Positions 24,576-38,042 are shown, counted from the stretch's first letter. The stretch: DNA of 64,000 bases from Octopus sinensis (GCF_006345805.1 NC_043005.1:13144001-13208000), one strand, 5' to 3'. The notes: generated from the sequence alone by a model not told the origin. Translations and numbers: made by a program.

Positions 24576-24871
24576 CTCTCTTTACTCTTTTACTTGTTTC
24601 AGTCATTTGACTGCGGCCATGCTGGAGCACCGCCTTTAGTCGAGCAAATCGGCCCCGGGACTTATTCTTTGTAAGCCTAGTACTTATTCTATCAGTCTCT
24701 TTTGCCGAACCACTAAGTGACGGGGACGTAAACACACCAGCAATGTCAGAGGGACAAACACAGACACCCAAACATATACATACACACATATATATATACA
24801 TATATACGACAGGCTTCTTTCAGTTTCCGTCTACCAAATCCACTCACAAGGCATTGGTCGGCCTGTTATAT
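24576..24871 (-). mobile_element. 5'-truncated SINE A flanked by ~204-bp direct repeats
   Basis: Direct repeats 24372-24575 and 24872-25076 abut both ends of the SINE. Confidence 0.85.
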
Positions 24872-25172
24872 AGTTATAATTAGCATAAACTAAAAAAAAA
24901 AAAAACATTTTACAATTAGCCATGCTGATGACTTTAACAATGACCATGTTAAATCACAAATGATAGTAACCACTTTCAAACAATGAGGAAATATATTTAT
25001 GAAATGTTTTTCCCCAAATTTGTCACCGAAATTCTTTATAAAAGAACCAGAAATACAAAACACGAGATACATGCCTACTCGTAGATCATGACCTTGACAT
25101 CATTCTTCCATTAAATGTCTGAAAAATAATTGGGAAATACCCAAGCTATACAAAAATTATAAATATAGGCAC

Positions 25173-25692
25173 AGGCAAGCTGGCAGAAACGTTAGCACAC
25201 CGGGCAAAATGCTGAGCGGTATTTCGTCTGCCACTACGTTCTGAGTTCAAATTCGCACTGGGGTCGATATAATCGACTTAATCCATTTGTCCTTGTTTGT
25301 CCTCTCTGTGTTTAGCCCCTTGTGGGTAGTAAAGAAATTGGTATTTCGTCTGCCACTACATTCTGAGTTCAAATTCCGTCGAGGTCGACTTTGCCTTTCA
25401 TCCTTTCGGTGTTGATTACATAAGTACCAGTTACACACTGGGGTCGATATAATCGACTTAATCCATTTGTCCTTGTTTGTCCTCTCTGTGTTTAGCCCCT
25501 TGTGGGTAGTAAAGAAATTGGTATTTCGTCTGCCACTACATTCTGAGTTCAAATTCCGTCGAGGTCGACTTTGCCTTTCATCCTTTCGGTGTTGATTACA
25601 TAAGTACCAGTTACACACTGGGGTCGATATAATCGACTTAATCCGTTTGTCTGTCCTTGTTTGTGTAGCCCCTTGTGGGCAGTAAAGAAATA
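25173..25692 (+). mobile_element. Head-to-tail trimer of SINE D (180-bp period)
   Basis: Units restart at GGTATTTCGTCTGCC near 25218, at 25340 and at 25520; the first unit has an internal deletion. Confidence 0.85.
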
Positions 25693-25911
25693 AGAAGCTT
25701 GCTTCCCAACCACATGATTCAGTCCCACTGTATGGCACCTTGGGCTAATACCTTCAACTATAGCCTTGGGCAAAGCAAAACCTTGTGTATGGATTTGGTA
25801 GACGGAAACTGAAAGAAGCTTGTCATATATATGTATACAAAGAGAATCATATCTTTATTTTAGATTGTTTCAATTGCATTAACATATACACGTCCCATTT
25901 TTTCTTATATA

Positions 25912-26308
25912 TAGGCGCAGGAGTGGCTGTGTGGTAATGAGCTTGCTTACCAACCACATGGTTCTGGGTTCAATCCCACTGCGTGGCATCTTGGGCAAGT
26001 GTCTTCTAGTATAACCTCAGGTCGACCAAAGCCTTGTGAGTGGATTTGGTAGACGGATACTGAAAGAAGCCCGTCGTATATATGTATGTATATGTATATG
26101 TTTGTGTGTCTATATTTGTCCCCCCCCCCCCAACATCGCTTGACAACCGATGCTGGTTTGTTTACTTCCCCGTAACTTAGTGGATCGGCAAAAGAGACCG
26201 ATAGAATAAGTACTAGGCTTCCAAAGAATAAGTCTTGGGGTCGATTTGCTCGACTAAAGGCAGTGCTCCAGCATGGCCACAGTCAAATGACTGAAACAAA
26301 TAAAAGAA
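25912..26308 (+). mobile_element. SINE family A, full length
   Basis: Complete head and tail. Confidence 0.88.
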
Positions 26309-26330
26309 AAACATATATATGTTTATATAT

Positions 26331-26380
<50 letters not shown>

Positions 26381-26794
26381 CATATATATCGGGTATGGGC
26401 TGTGAGAAATTACTGAGGGTAGGAAGTTGGTGATGTTTATGTAGTAAAACGCACAAAAAAATAAGCGAAACACAGGCACACGACTGAGCTGGAGGCAGGT
26501 TTATTTCTGCCTTTATGGCACCTCAAGAAAACGTTTTTGTAGGAATGTACACAGCACATGTACTACAGCAGTACTATGTGTAGTTTCAAAAACTGAGATT
26601 AAAAGGCAGGGGCGAATTATACTTACCTAATCTACAAATCATGAATTATTTTGCATTTTATGCATAATAATTAGAGTAACCTTTATAATTTTATTGAATT
26701 AGGTGCATATTTTGCCATAAAAGGAAAATGTTACTATTGATATATTTCATTTAGGGTAGGCCCTGTCTACCTTGCCTACCCAGGTGGCACGTCC

Positions 26795-26837
<43 letters not shown>

Positions 26838-27374
26838 ATTTATGAGTGTGTCTGTGTTTGTCCCTCCACCATCGCTTGACAACCAATGTTGGTGTGTTTT
26901 ATGTCTCTGTAACTTAGTGGTTTGGCAAAAGAGACCTAGAATAAGGTCTAGGTTTACAAAGAATAAGTCGTAGGGTCAATTTCTTTGACTGAAATCTTTC
27001 AAGGTGGTGCTCCAGCATGGCCGCAGTCGAATGATTGAAACAAGTAAAAGAATAAAACGATACAATTAGAGGCACAACGAACAACATGGTTTAGGATTTC
27101 ACTGCCCCACACCTTAAGCAAGCATCTTCCACTCTTGCTCTGGTCAATCACACACACACACACGCACACACACACGTGAAAGAAGAGCTGATCATTGGAA
27201 AGTATGACCTTACTTAGAAACAAGTGAGGGCTCATGGCAGGAAGGGCATCCTGCTGTAGAAAATCTGCCTCAGTAAATTCTATCCAACCCATGCAAGCAT
27301 GGAAAAATAAAAGTTAAAACAATGATTATGATGACAACAGGCTTCCTCACAGTTTCCTTCTACCAAAGATACTG

Positions 27375-27678
27375 GTGGAGGCACATGGCCTAGTGTTTAG
27401 AGCAGCGGACTCGTGGTCGAGGGATTGCGGGTTCGAATCTCAGACCGGGCGATGTGTGTGTTTATGAGCGAAACACCTAAGCTCCACGCGGCTCCGGCAG
27501 AAGGTAATGGCGAAACTTCTGCTGACTCTTTCGCCACAACTTTCTCTCACTCTTTCCTCCTGCATCTTGCAGCTCACCTGCGACGGACCAGCGTCCCGTC
27601 CAAGTGGGGAACCTATACGCCAAGAAACCGGGAAACCGGCCCTTATGAGCCAGGCATGGCTTGAGAAGGAACAAACAA
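27375..27678 (+). mobile_element. SINE family B, tail type 2
   Basis: Tail contains GCGACGGACCAGCGTCCCGTCCA; colinear with 8455-8754. Confidence 0.85.
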
Positions 27679-28282
27679 CCAAAGTTACTCCCGAGTTTTG
27701 CTCGGCATACAGTCTATTGTCGACGATGTTTGCCCAAAGTGCTGTGCAGTGGGATTGAACCTGAAAACCTCTCCATTTAATTCTGTTTTGTGTTTTTACC
27801 TGAGTATGGATTTTAATTATGGTCCCTAATTAGTTGTGTTGAGTTAATGAGTGTAGAAATAATTCAGCGTTGCGTTCTTTTCTTCTCTCTATTTGTCTGA
27901 TGTGGCAGTTAAAACTGTGATGACTAGTGGCATGGAAAAAATCTGCTAGGCTGGTTATAGTGGCTTAAAACAAACAAAAACACACACACACACCACACAC
28001 ACACACATGCACTCATGCGCACACATGCAGACACGTGTTGTAGGAATGTACGCAGCACATTGTGTACTATGTGTAGTTTTAATACTGAGATTGAAAGGCA
28101 GGGGGCGAATCATGCCTACCTAATCCACAAAAGCATGAATTACATACACATGTGCACACACACATGTATACACACACACATGTATACACACACACATGTA
28201 TACACACATGCATGCATGCACATACATGCACATGAACACACACACACACACCGATGCACACATGCTTGCACACACATGCAAG

Positions 28283-28325
<43 letters not shown>

Positions 28326-28682
28326 ATTAGTTCCCTGGCAATATGAATGATGAAGCAGGGTGAGGCAGGAGTATGAGGATTTTTCAAGACGGAACCAGAC
28401 CAAGAAGTGTGGATGATTTTAGAAGAGAAGGAAGAGGGGGAAAAACACTATAACCCCCAATCGTGGAACTGCAGACATGGTCTCAGTAGCAGAACAACAC
28501 CAACAACAACAACAACAACAATAAGAATAATGGCTGAGGAAAGATTTATTGGAAGATTAGCTGCAGAGGCAGGGCGGCTGTAGAATTTTCGGCAGCTATA
28601 ACAGATGTTTTACATAACTGTCCACTCTTATGCTTCATAACACAGTCATCACCATCGTGTTTCTTTTTGCTTGATACCCAGC

Positions 28683-29223
28683 CATCACCATCATCACCAT
28701 CATCATCATCATCTCATCATCATCATCACTATCATCACCATCATCATCATCACCATCAACATCACCATCATCATTATCACCATCATCATCACCATCATCA
28801 TTATCGCCATCATCATCACCATCATCATCACCACCATCATCATCACCATCATCATTATCGCCATCATCATCACCATCATCATCACCACCACCATCATCAC
28901 CACCACCATCATCATCACCACCACCATCATCAACATCACCATCATCATCATCATCACCATCATCATCATCAACATCATCATCACCATCACCAACATCATC
29001 ATCACCATCATCATCATCACCATCACCATCATCACCATCATCATCACCATCATCATCATCATCATCATCACCATCATCATCACCACCATCATCACCATCA
29101 TCATCACCATCATCACCATCATCATCACCACCATCACCATCATCACCACCATCATCATCACCATCGTCACCACCATCATCATCACCATCATCACCACCAT
29201 CACATCATCACCATCATCATCAT
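28683..29223. repeat. ~540-bp (CAT/CAC)n triplet array
   Basis: Nearly uninterrupted ATC/ACC triplets. Confidence 0.97.
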
Positions 29224-30288
29224 TTGATACACAAGCATGATGACGACGGTGGTGGTGGTTGTCATTATTTATTTGATATAGGAGCAAACCGTTCATCATC
29301 GTCAGCACTGGCGGTGGTGGTGGTAGCGGTGGTTGGTGTGATAGCGGATGGTGGTAGTGATGGTGGTGGTGGTAGTAGTAAGTGATGGTGTAGTAGTAAA
29401 TGTAGGAGGAGTTTTAATGTCTGCCAACGCCATTTTATAGTAAGATTACCAAACATGTGGCATTCTGATGTTCCTTTTAAAGGTTTCAGAATATCGGTCC
29501 GGAATTTTCTGCATAGATTGGCAGAGTGCATTTCTTGGCAAAGCAATCATTTTCTGCTGTGTTTATTGATAAGATTCCTTGATTCAAGCCTAATCTCGAT
29601 TCTGAGAATAAGAAAGAAAGAATGAATGAAAGAAAGAAAGGAAAAAAAAATGTTTTATGTAAATTAATGCATCTCTTGCAGGCTCTGCTACAGCTTCTTC
29701 TTCTTCTATTGCTCGCTGCTGCTACTACTACTACTACTACTACTACTGCTGCTGCTGCTATTACTACTGCTGCTGCCATCGTATATGTTGGTATTTAGAG
29801 TGTCTTAACGGTTCATCGCTTTATGCCAGCCGTCTTAACAGCATGCTAAAGAAATCATTGTCAAGTAAAAGAGAGCTGCAGCAACCAACGTATTCATGCA
29901 TAATTGATGAGAAGTAGAGGTTACCGTAGCAACTGATTGATACCCAGTCATGCTCGTCGTGAATCTATTTTACTACCTTATTATCTCTTACACCATATCT
30001 TCCATAAACCCATTCAATTAGACTCCTTGGCAGATAGACAGAGAGCCTTGCTCTGACCTTCTCTCAACCCCACCGTCTTTAATGCTTTTTCCATAAATGA
30101 AGATTGAACTCACTTTGTGAAGGTTGTCAACACTCTTATATATGATTGATTAAAGCCAATTAAATCTCTTCGCGCCACCCTTCTCCCCGGCAGTGCCAGC
30201 TGAACTGATCTAATATCCTAAAGGGGTAGGAAAACGAAAAATAAAAAAAAATGAATAAATAAATTCTAGTATCCCATACACACATGTG

Positions 30289-30324
<36 letters not shown>

Positions 30325-30351
30325 CACATGTATGTATATACACACACACAG

Positions 30352-30383
<32 letters not shown>

Positions 30384-30440
30384 ATATGTAATATACATTT
30401 GTCTATGTATATCTATCGATATATATATATATACACACAC

Positions 30441-30477
<37 letters not shown>

Positions 30478-30531
30478 GACACATTTACAGACAGACACAG
30501 AATATATATATATCATCATATATATATATAT

Positions 30532-30933
30532 GCGCAGGAGTGGCTGTGTGGTAAGTAGCTTGTTTACCAACCACATGGTTCCGGGTTCAGTCCCACTGCG
30601 TGGCATCTTGGGCAAGTGCCTTCTACTATAGCCTCGGGCTGACCAAAGCCTTGTGAGTGGATTTGGTAGATGGAAACTGAAAGAAGCCCGTTGTATATAT
30701 GTAAATATATGTGTGTGTGTGCGTGTATGTTTGTGTGTCTATGTTTGTCCCCCTAGCATTGCATGACAACCGATGCTGGTGTGTTTATGTCCCCGTCACT
30801 TAGCGGTTCGGCAAAAGAGACTGATAGAATAAGTACTGGGCCTACAAAGAATAAGTCCCGGGGTCGAGTTGCTCGTTTAAAAGGCAGTGCTCCAGCATGG
30901 CCGCAGTCAAATGACTGAAACAAGTAAAAGAGT
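30532..30933 (+). mobile_element. SINE family A, full length
   Basis: Complete head and tail. Confidence 0.9.
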
Positions 30934-31012
30934 ATATATAATATGTCATACATACATAGGAATATACATGTATTATATGTACATATATATAATACATGCA
31001 TGTGTGGGTGTG

Positions 31013-31066
<54 letters not shown>

Positions 31067-31322
31067 CACAGCCATGACTGTCTGCTAAGAAGCTTGCTTC
31101 TCAACTACATGATTGTGGGTTCAAGTCCCACTTGTGGGACCTTGCAAAAGTGTCTTTAGGCTGACCAGAGCCTTGTTAGTAGATTTGGTAGACTGAAAAA
31201 GCAAGAGGACTGTTGTGTATACGTATGTATGTGTGTGTGTGAGTATCATCATCATCATCATCATTGTTTAGCGTCCGTTTTCCATGCTAGCATGGGTTGG
31301 AGTATATATACATATATACATA

Positions 31323-31356
<34 letters not shown>

Positions 31357-31764
31357 TGTTTGCTTTTGTGTTTGTGTGTCCCACCCATGCCACTTGACAA
31401 CTGACATTGGTGTGTTTACACAATTTTAACTTAGCGGATCAGCAAAAGAGATCAATACGATGAGTACCAGGCTTTAAAAAAAAAGAGTACTGGGGTCAGT
31501 TTATTCGATGAAAAGTTATTCAAGGCAGTGCCACACCGTCAAACAAGTAATTGATATGTGTATATACTTACATATATATGTATATGAACATATATATCAT
31601 TTACAATGAAAGATACTAAAATTTTCTTGCCACAGACACGCTGGGATTAAGTAGGTTTTTTTACCCCTCACTGGATGGAATAGTTTTTTGTTAACCCTAC
31701 TTCATGGAGCAATAAATATATCTTTCTCTCTCTCATATATAACTATCTATCTATCTATCTGTAC

Positions 31765-32083
31765 ATATATTTGTATACATATGTATGTTTGCATATATAT
31801 ATGTCTATGCATATATATATATATACGTATATAAGTACATATGTATGTATGTATGTATGTATTATAGATATAATATCTATATATATATATATATATATAT
31901 ATGCATATATATGTGTGTACATGTATGTGTATATATGTATGTGTACGTATATATATATGTATGTGTGGTATATATGTTGTATGTGTACCTATCTGGATGT
32001 TTTGCGTTCTTGTCCCATTTGTAGTTTTTATATATATATATATATATATGTGTGTTGTGTGTATATATATAGATTATATATAT

Positions 32084-32114
<31 letters not shown>

Positions 32115-32315
32115 TATATATGGTGTGTGTGTGTATATATATATATTATATACATATGTGTGTGTGTATGGTATATATATATATATATATATATTATATA
32201 CATATATTGTGTGTGTATATATATATGTTTATATATATATATATATATTATTATATACATATATTTGTGTGTGTATATATATATATGTATATATATATAT
32301 ATGTATGTATATATA
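31765..32315. repeat. Compound (TA)n/(TG)n microsatellite field
   Basis: Direct reading. Confidence 0.9.
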
Positions 32316-32705
32316 AATCTTATAATAATAAAGGATCAAATTTTATCAGTGTCCAGCATATGAAAATTAGACCGATTAAGGTGTAATCACATATATAATT
32401 ATAGTTAAGGGCGTAGAAAAAATTTCTAGCCTACATGCTTAAAATAGGCTCCAAATTGTTTCAAAGTGGTGAGATGATTTAGTGTCTATTTTCAGCATAT
32501 AGGCTGCAAATATTTTCTATGCCCTTAATTATATCTATAATTATATATGTTACTTTATATATTATATATTTCTGTCTATCTATCTATCTATCTATCTACC
32601 TATATATATATACATATATATATCTGTCTATCAATATATATATATATAAATTTATTTGTCTGTCTATATATATATATATATATGTCTTTCTCTCTATATA
32701 TATAT

Positions 32706-32856
32706 GTACCGTTGGCGATTTTTTTTCCTCCGTCTTCCCTTCTCTGGATCTTTCCTTTTCCTATGTTTCTGACGAAGAGCTCCGCTTGAAACATAAAACC
32801 CTCCTTCTTCCCTTCCTTCCTGAGCCTCCAATAATACTATATTTGTTCCACGTCCT
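32706..32856 (+). mobile_element. Repeat family G copy with hammerhead-like motif (32766-32798)
   Basis: GTTT-CTGACGA-A-GAGC(TCC)GCTT-GAAA-CATA-AAAC. Confidence 0.65.
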
Positions 32857-33233
32857 AATTACATCATTTTTTATTCAACATTTGTGTACCAATATCCATG
32901 CATGCATGTAAATATGCAAGAGTGGGGGTCTTGTAAGTATGGAATTGAAGTTAAGACCTGGAATTTTTTAGATATTTCTCACAGGCTGATCTCAAATTTC
33001 CAGGGTTTTGTTTTATTGCAATGGTGTTATTGAAACCTGGACAAATATGATATATAGTGGTGTGTACAAATGTGTGTATCACACATATGCATGCATATGT
33101 GTGTGAAATACATACAGTATATCATTTTCCAATGAGCAGAAAAATTAGAAAAACTGACTCAAAGTGCATAAATTTTGTGCATGGCACTTGTCTACAGGCC
33201 TCTATGTAACATATATATATATATATATATATA

Positions 33234-34084
33234 TAGTAATCCCTCACTTTATCGAGGTTCACCTAGTGCAGTTTATAATTTAAACTTACATTGATTCCTC
33301 CGTGGTGTTGTTTTGCATTTATAATAAAATAAATATATACAACAATTGCAGCGTGGAAGGTGTTTGTAAGCCATTTAAGAAACACACAAAAACTGTTTGA
33401 TTCACTGGCCTCCGTGCCGTGGGCACGTAACAAACACCATCCGATTGTGGCCGTTCGCCAGCCTCGTCTGGCACCTGTGTCGGTGGCACGTAAAAAACAC
33501 CATCCGAGCGTGGCCGTTCGCCAGCCTCGTCTGGCACCTGTGTCGGTGGCACATAAAAAACACCATCCGAGCGTGGCCGTTCGCCAGCCTCGTCTGGCAC
33601 CTGTGTCGGTGGCACATAAAAAACACCATCCGAGCATGGCCGTTTGCCAGCCTCGTCTGGCACCTGTGTCGGTGGCACATAAAAAACACCATCCGAGTGT
33701 GGCCATTTGCCAGCCTCGTCTGGCACCTGTGTCGGTGGCACATAAAAAACACCATCCAAGCGTGGTCAAAATATTTTTGTCAGTGAACAGGTCGCGGATT
33801 TTAGTGACGAAAATATTTTGACAAATTAAACTTAAATGTTGAAGTGAATCGAACGGCTTTTGTGTGTTTCTTAAATGGCTTACAAACACCTTCCCCGCTG
33901 CAATTGTTTTTGTTCCAGCACACGATCTCAGATCAAATCACTTGCTATGCAAGTACATCTCCGTAAAATATATACAAATTATAAGTAAAATAAAAAAATA
34001 TACAGTACTGTTTCTACTTTGTGGATTTTCACCTATCGCATTCAGTTTTGGAAGGTAACACCTGCGACAGTTGAGGGATTACTG
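33234..34084. mobile_element. Tc1/mariner (Tigger-like) MITE carrying a 63-bp tandem array
   Basis: TA|(C>T)AGTAATCCCTC ... GAGGGATTACTG|TA; internal ~66-bp inverted arms at 33341-33406 and 33843-33908. Confidence 0.8.
33407..33767 (+). repeat. Tandem array, 63-bp period, about 5.7 units, derived from the RTE 3' UTR subrepeat
   Basis: GGCACRTAA recurs at 33422, 33485, 33548, 33611, 33674 and 33737. The first unit is nearly identical to the start of 51493-51866. Confidence 0.92.
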
Positions 34085-34615
34085 TATGTATATATATATG
34101 TGTGTGTGTGTGTATACATCTCTCTCTCTCTATGTGTGTGTGTGTGTGTGTGTGTGTATAAAGCATATATATACGCACATAGAAATAGACTTATATATAC
34201 ATATACACGAATACATTATTCAATAAAATTAATATTCCACTTTTTATTTCTCGCTTTCAGAAACTTCATTATCAGCTGAAGGTAAAATGTAGTTTTTATG
34301 CAGATTTCTTTTAAATATACAAGTAGCTTATAAATAAATAAATTTATATATATATTATATTCGTGTTGTAAAAATTTTTTTTTTATGTGGTGTATTTGGG
34401 GCCCCTAATATCCTTTTTGATTCATTTACATTGTCATAAATTCATAGCACTGACCACCTGTTTTGGTGATGATGCACTCTCTGTTATTAGATATCTTAAT
34501 TAAATAAGCTATGAATTTACTGTCTTGATTTCTGTATGACTACACAAAAAACACAATTGTATTTGACAAGTACAGTTCTGGCTGGTGGTTTTAGGTTTCT
34601 GTTATGCGGCACCTG

Positions 34616-34651
34616 TGTATATATATATATATGTATGTATATATATATATG

Positions 34652-34706
<55 letters not shown>

Positions 34707-35522
34707 ATATATATAAATTTATATAAATGTGTGTGTGTGAGTATATATGTGTGTATACATATGTATATATATATCAATGTATATATCTATATGTATATAT
34801 ATTATATGTATATATATGTGTATGTATATATATGTATGTATATAGATGTATATATATATGCTATATATATATATTTATATGCATATATATATGTATATAT
34901 ATATGCATATATATATATTTATATGCATATATATATGTATATATATGCATATATTATATATATATGTATATATATATGTATATATAGGTATATATATATA
35001 TGTATATATATATATGTATAGGTATATATATATATGTATATATATATATGTATAGGTATTATATATATGTATATATATAATGTATATATATATATATGCA
35101 TATATTAATATATATATATATGTATATATATATGCATATATGTATGTATATATATATGCATATATGTATGTATATATATGTATATATATATGCAATATGT
35201 ATATATATATGTATATATATATGTATGTATATATATATATATATGCATATATGTATATATATATGTATGTATATAATATATATATGCATATGTATATATA
35301 TATGTATGTATATATATATATATGCATATTGTATATATATGCTATATGTATATATATATGTATGTATATATATATGTATGTATATATATATATATATGCA
35401 TATATGTATATATATATGTATATATATATATATATGCATTTATGTATATGTATGTATATATATGTATATATATGCATATATGTATATATATGCATTTATG
35501 TATGTATATATGTATGTATATG
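34616..35522. repeat. ~900-bp (TA)n/(TATG)/(CATA) microsatellite field
   Basis: Direct reading. Confidence 0.95.
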
Positions 35523-36871
35523 TGAGTGACAAACAGAATGAAGCCCATAGATGTGTATATGCCATTATGTGAGTGTGTCTTTGTGCTTCTCTCTTACCAT
35601 GTCAGTTTCTTAAACTCCTCATAACTTTGCAGTTTTCCTGTCAAACAAAAGGATAGGGTCATATATATGTATATACACATACGTGTGCACATGTATGTAT
35701 ATAGATATACATACATATTTGTATTTGAATATCATCATCGTCAATGTCATTTAAAGTCCCTTGACCATTTGGCATGGTTTCTATGGCTGGATGCCCTTCC
35801 TAACGCCAACCACTCTGAAAGTGTAATGGATGGTGTTACGTCCCACTGGCACGGGTGCTGGTTGTGCGACACCAGTATCCGCCACGACTACCATTTCACT
35901 CGGCTTGATGGGTTTTCTCAAGCACTGCATATTGGCAAAGGTCTCGGTCATTTGTCAGTGCCTCTGTGAGGGCCAACACTCAAAAGGTGCTTTTTATGTG
36001 CCAGCGGCACAGGTGCCTGTTGTGCAACACCGGTATTGGTTACATTGCCCCTGTGAGGCCCAAGTGCTTATACATACATACATACATACATCACGTGATC
36101 ATGTCACATGACCGACCAGACCATCAGATGTTGTTACGCATTGTTTTAGCCTTCGAACGACGCCACCCCGCTGGCTAAGTGAGCTGGCCAACAGAAGAAA
36201 GAGTGGTGAAAGAGTACAGCAGGGATCACCACCCCCTGCCGTAGCGTCGTGGAGCTTTTAGGTGTTTTCGCTCAATAAACACTCACAACGCCCGGTCGGG
36301 GAATCGAAACCGCGATCCTGCGACCGCGAGTCCACTGCCCTAACCACTGGGCCATTGCGCCGCCACACACACACATACACACAATATATGTGTGTGTGTG
36401 TTTGTGAACAGAAGAAGCAACAATTAGAAAGAAGAAATCACATTTCCTGCCACTTGCAATCTTTTATATCCAATCAGACCTCACACAAGGTGGACTTGTG
36501 CTACCTTTTATTTTTCTGTCTGTCTGTCTGTCTGTCTCTTTGTCCCCCCCCCCGCCCTTCCTCCTCTCATTGTCATTATAAGCTTCATCTTACATAAATT
36601 ATTGATCCCTTATGATCCATTGTTTTTCGGGTTTTTTTTGTCCTCGCTGAAACACTTTAGTTAGAGAGATGTTGTACATTGTTGCATATTTATTGATTTG
36701 TTGTTATATGCATGTACACACACACACACACACACACACACACTGTAAGTTATACATTACACAATGGCAGTCACACCTTTCCCAACATCTATGTTATTGT
36801 TTTAAATATATCAATACTGTCATACATACTTACACGCACACATGCATGGATACATAGATATGTTATATATA

Positions 36872-37168
36872 TCATGTGACCGACCAGACCATCAGATGTT
36901 GTTACACATCGCTGGTCACAATGCGTTTGCATTGTTTTAGCCTTCGAATGACGCCACCCCGCTGGCTAAGCGAGCAGGCCAACAGAAGAAAGAATGGGAG
37001 AAAGTTGTGGTGAAAGAGTACAGCAGGGATCACCACCCCCTGCCGGAGCCTCGTGGGGCTTTTAGGTGTTTTCGCTCAATAAACACTCACAACACCCGGT
37101 CTGGGAATCGAAACCGCGATCCTCCGACCGCGAGTCCACTGCCTTAACCACTGGGCCATTGCACCTCC

Positions 37169-37170
<2 letters not shown>
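36872..37170 (-). mobile_element. SINE family B, tail type 1 (second copy at 36103-36365, same strand)
   Basis: Colinear with 2053-2346 and 55081-55366. Confidence 0.85.
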
Positions 37171-37200
<30 letters not shown>

Positions 37201-37560
37201 ACAGACAAGAAAGTAAATTATAGGCAGAGGAGTGGCTGTGTGGTAAGTAGTTTGCTTACCAACCACATGCTTCCGGGTTCAGTCCCACTACATGACGCCT
37301 TGGACAAGTGTCTTCTACTATTGCCTTGGGCTGACCAGAGCCTTGTGAGTGGATTTAGTAGACAGAAACTGAAAGAAACCCATCATATATATATATATAT
37401 ATATATCATCATCGTTTAACGTCCACTTTCCATGCTAGCATGGGTTGGATGATTTGACTGAGGTCTGGCAAACTAGATGGCTGCACCAGGCTCCAATCTG
37501 ATCTGGAAGAGTTTCTACAGCTGGATGCCCTTCCGAAAGCCAACCACTCTGAGTGTGTAG

Positions 37561-37609
<49 letters not shown>

Positions 37610-37994
37610 TTGTCCCCACAACATTGCTTCACAACCAATGCTGGTGTGTTTATATCCCCCATAACTTAGTGGTCCGGCAACGGGGGCTGATAGAATAAGT
37701 ACCAAGCTTACAAAGAATAAGTCCTGGGGTCGATTTGCTTGACTAAAAAGGAGGTGCTCCGGCATGGCCGTAGTCAGATGATTGAAACAAGTAAAAGAAT
37801 AAGTGTGTGTGTGTGTGCGTGTGCGCAGATAAGGCTACATGGTTTAGAAGTTTACTTTGTATTCACATGGTTTTCAATCACAGTTCTACTGTGCTGCAAC
37901 CTGGGCTTGTGTCTTCTAATTGATGAATGCCTTTGCGGAAACCAGTTGTATGCTTGCATGTGTGTGTGTGTGTATACACATACATACATCCCAT

Positions 37995-38042
<48 letters not shown>

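Noticed and set aside
26607-26797. Possible hAT/Harbinger-like MITE (CAGGGGCG ... CGTCCCTG)
   Set aside because: The terminal match is short and imperfect and no TSD was found.
28667-29308. Poly-His, poly-Ile/Thr and poly-Met/Val ORFs
   Set aside because: They are translations of the (CAT/CAC)n array, which lacks stops in several frames; no splice or composition support.
33263-33889. Repetitive ORFs and a CRISPR-like appearance of the 63-bp array
   Set aside because: Units are contiguous with no unique spacers, no cas genes are present, the context is eukaryotic, and the unit derives from the RTE 3' UTR.
31771-35572. Long Y/I/M/C-rich ORFs
   Set aside because: Artefacts of (TA)n/(TG)n microsatellites.
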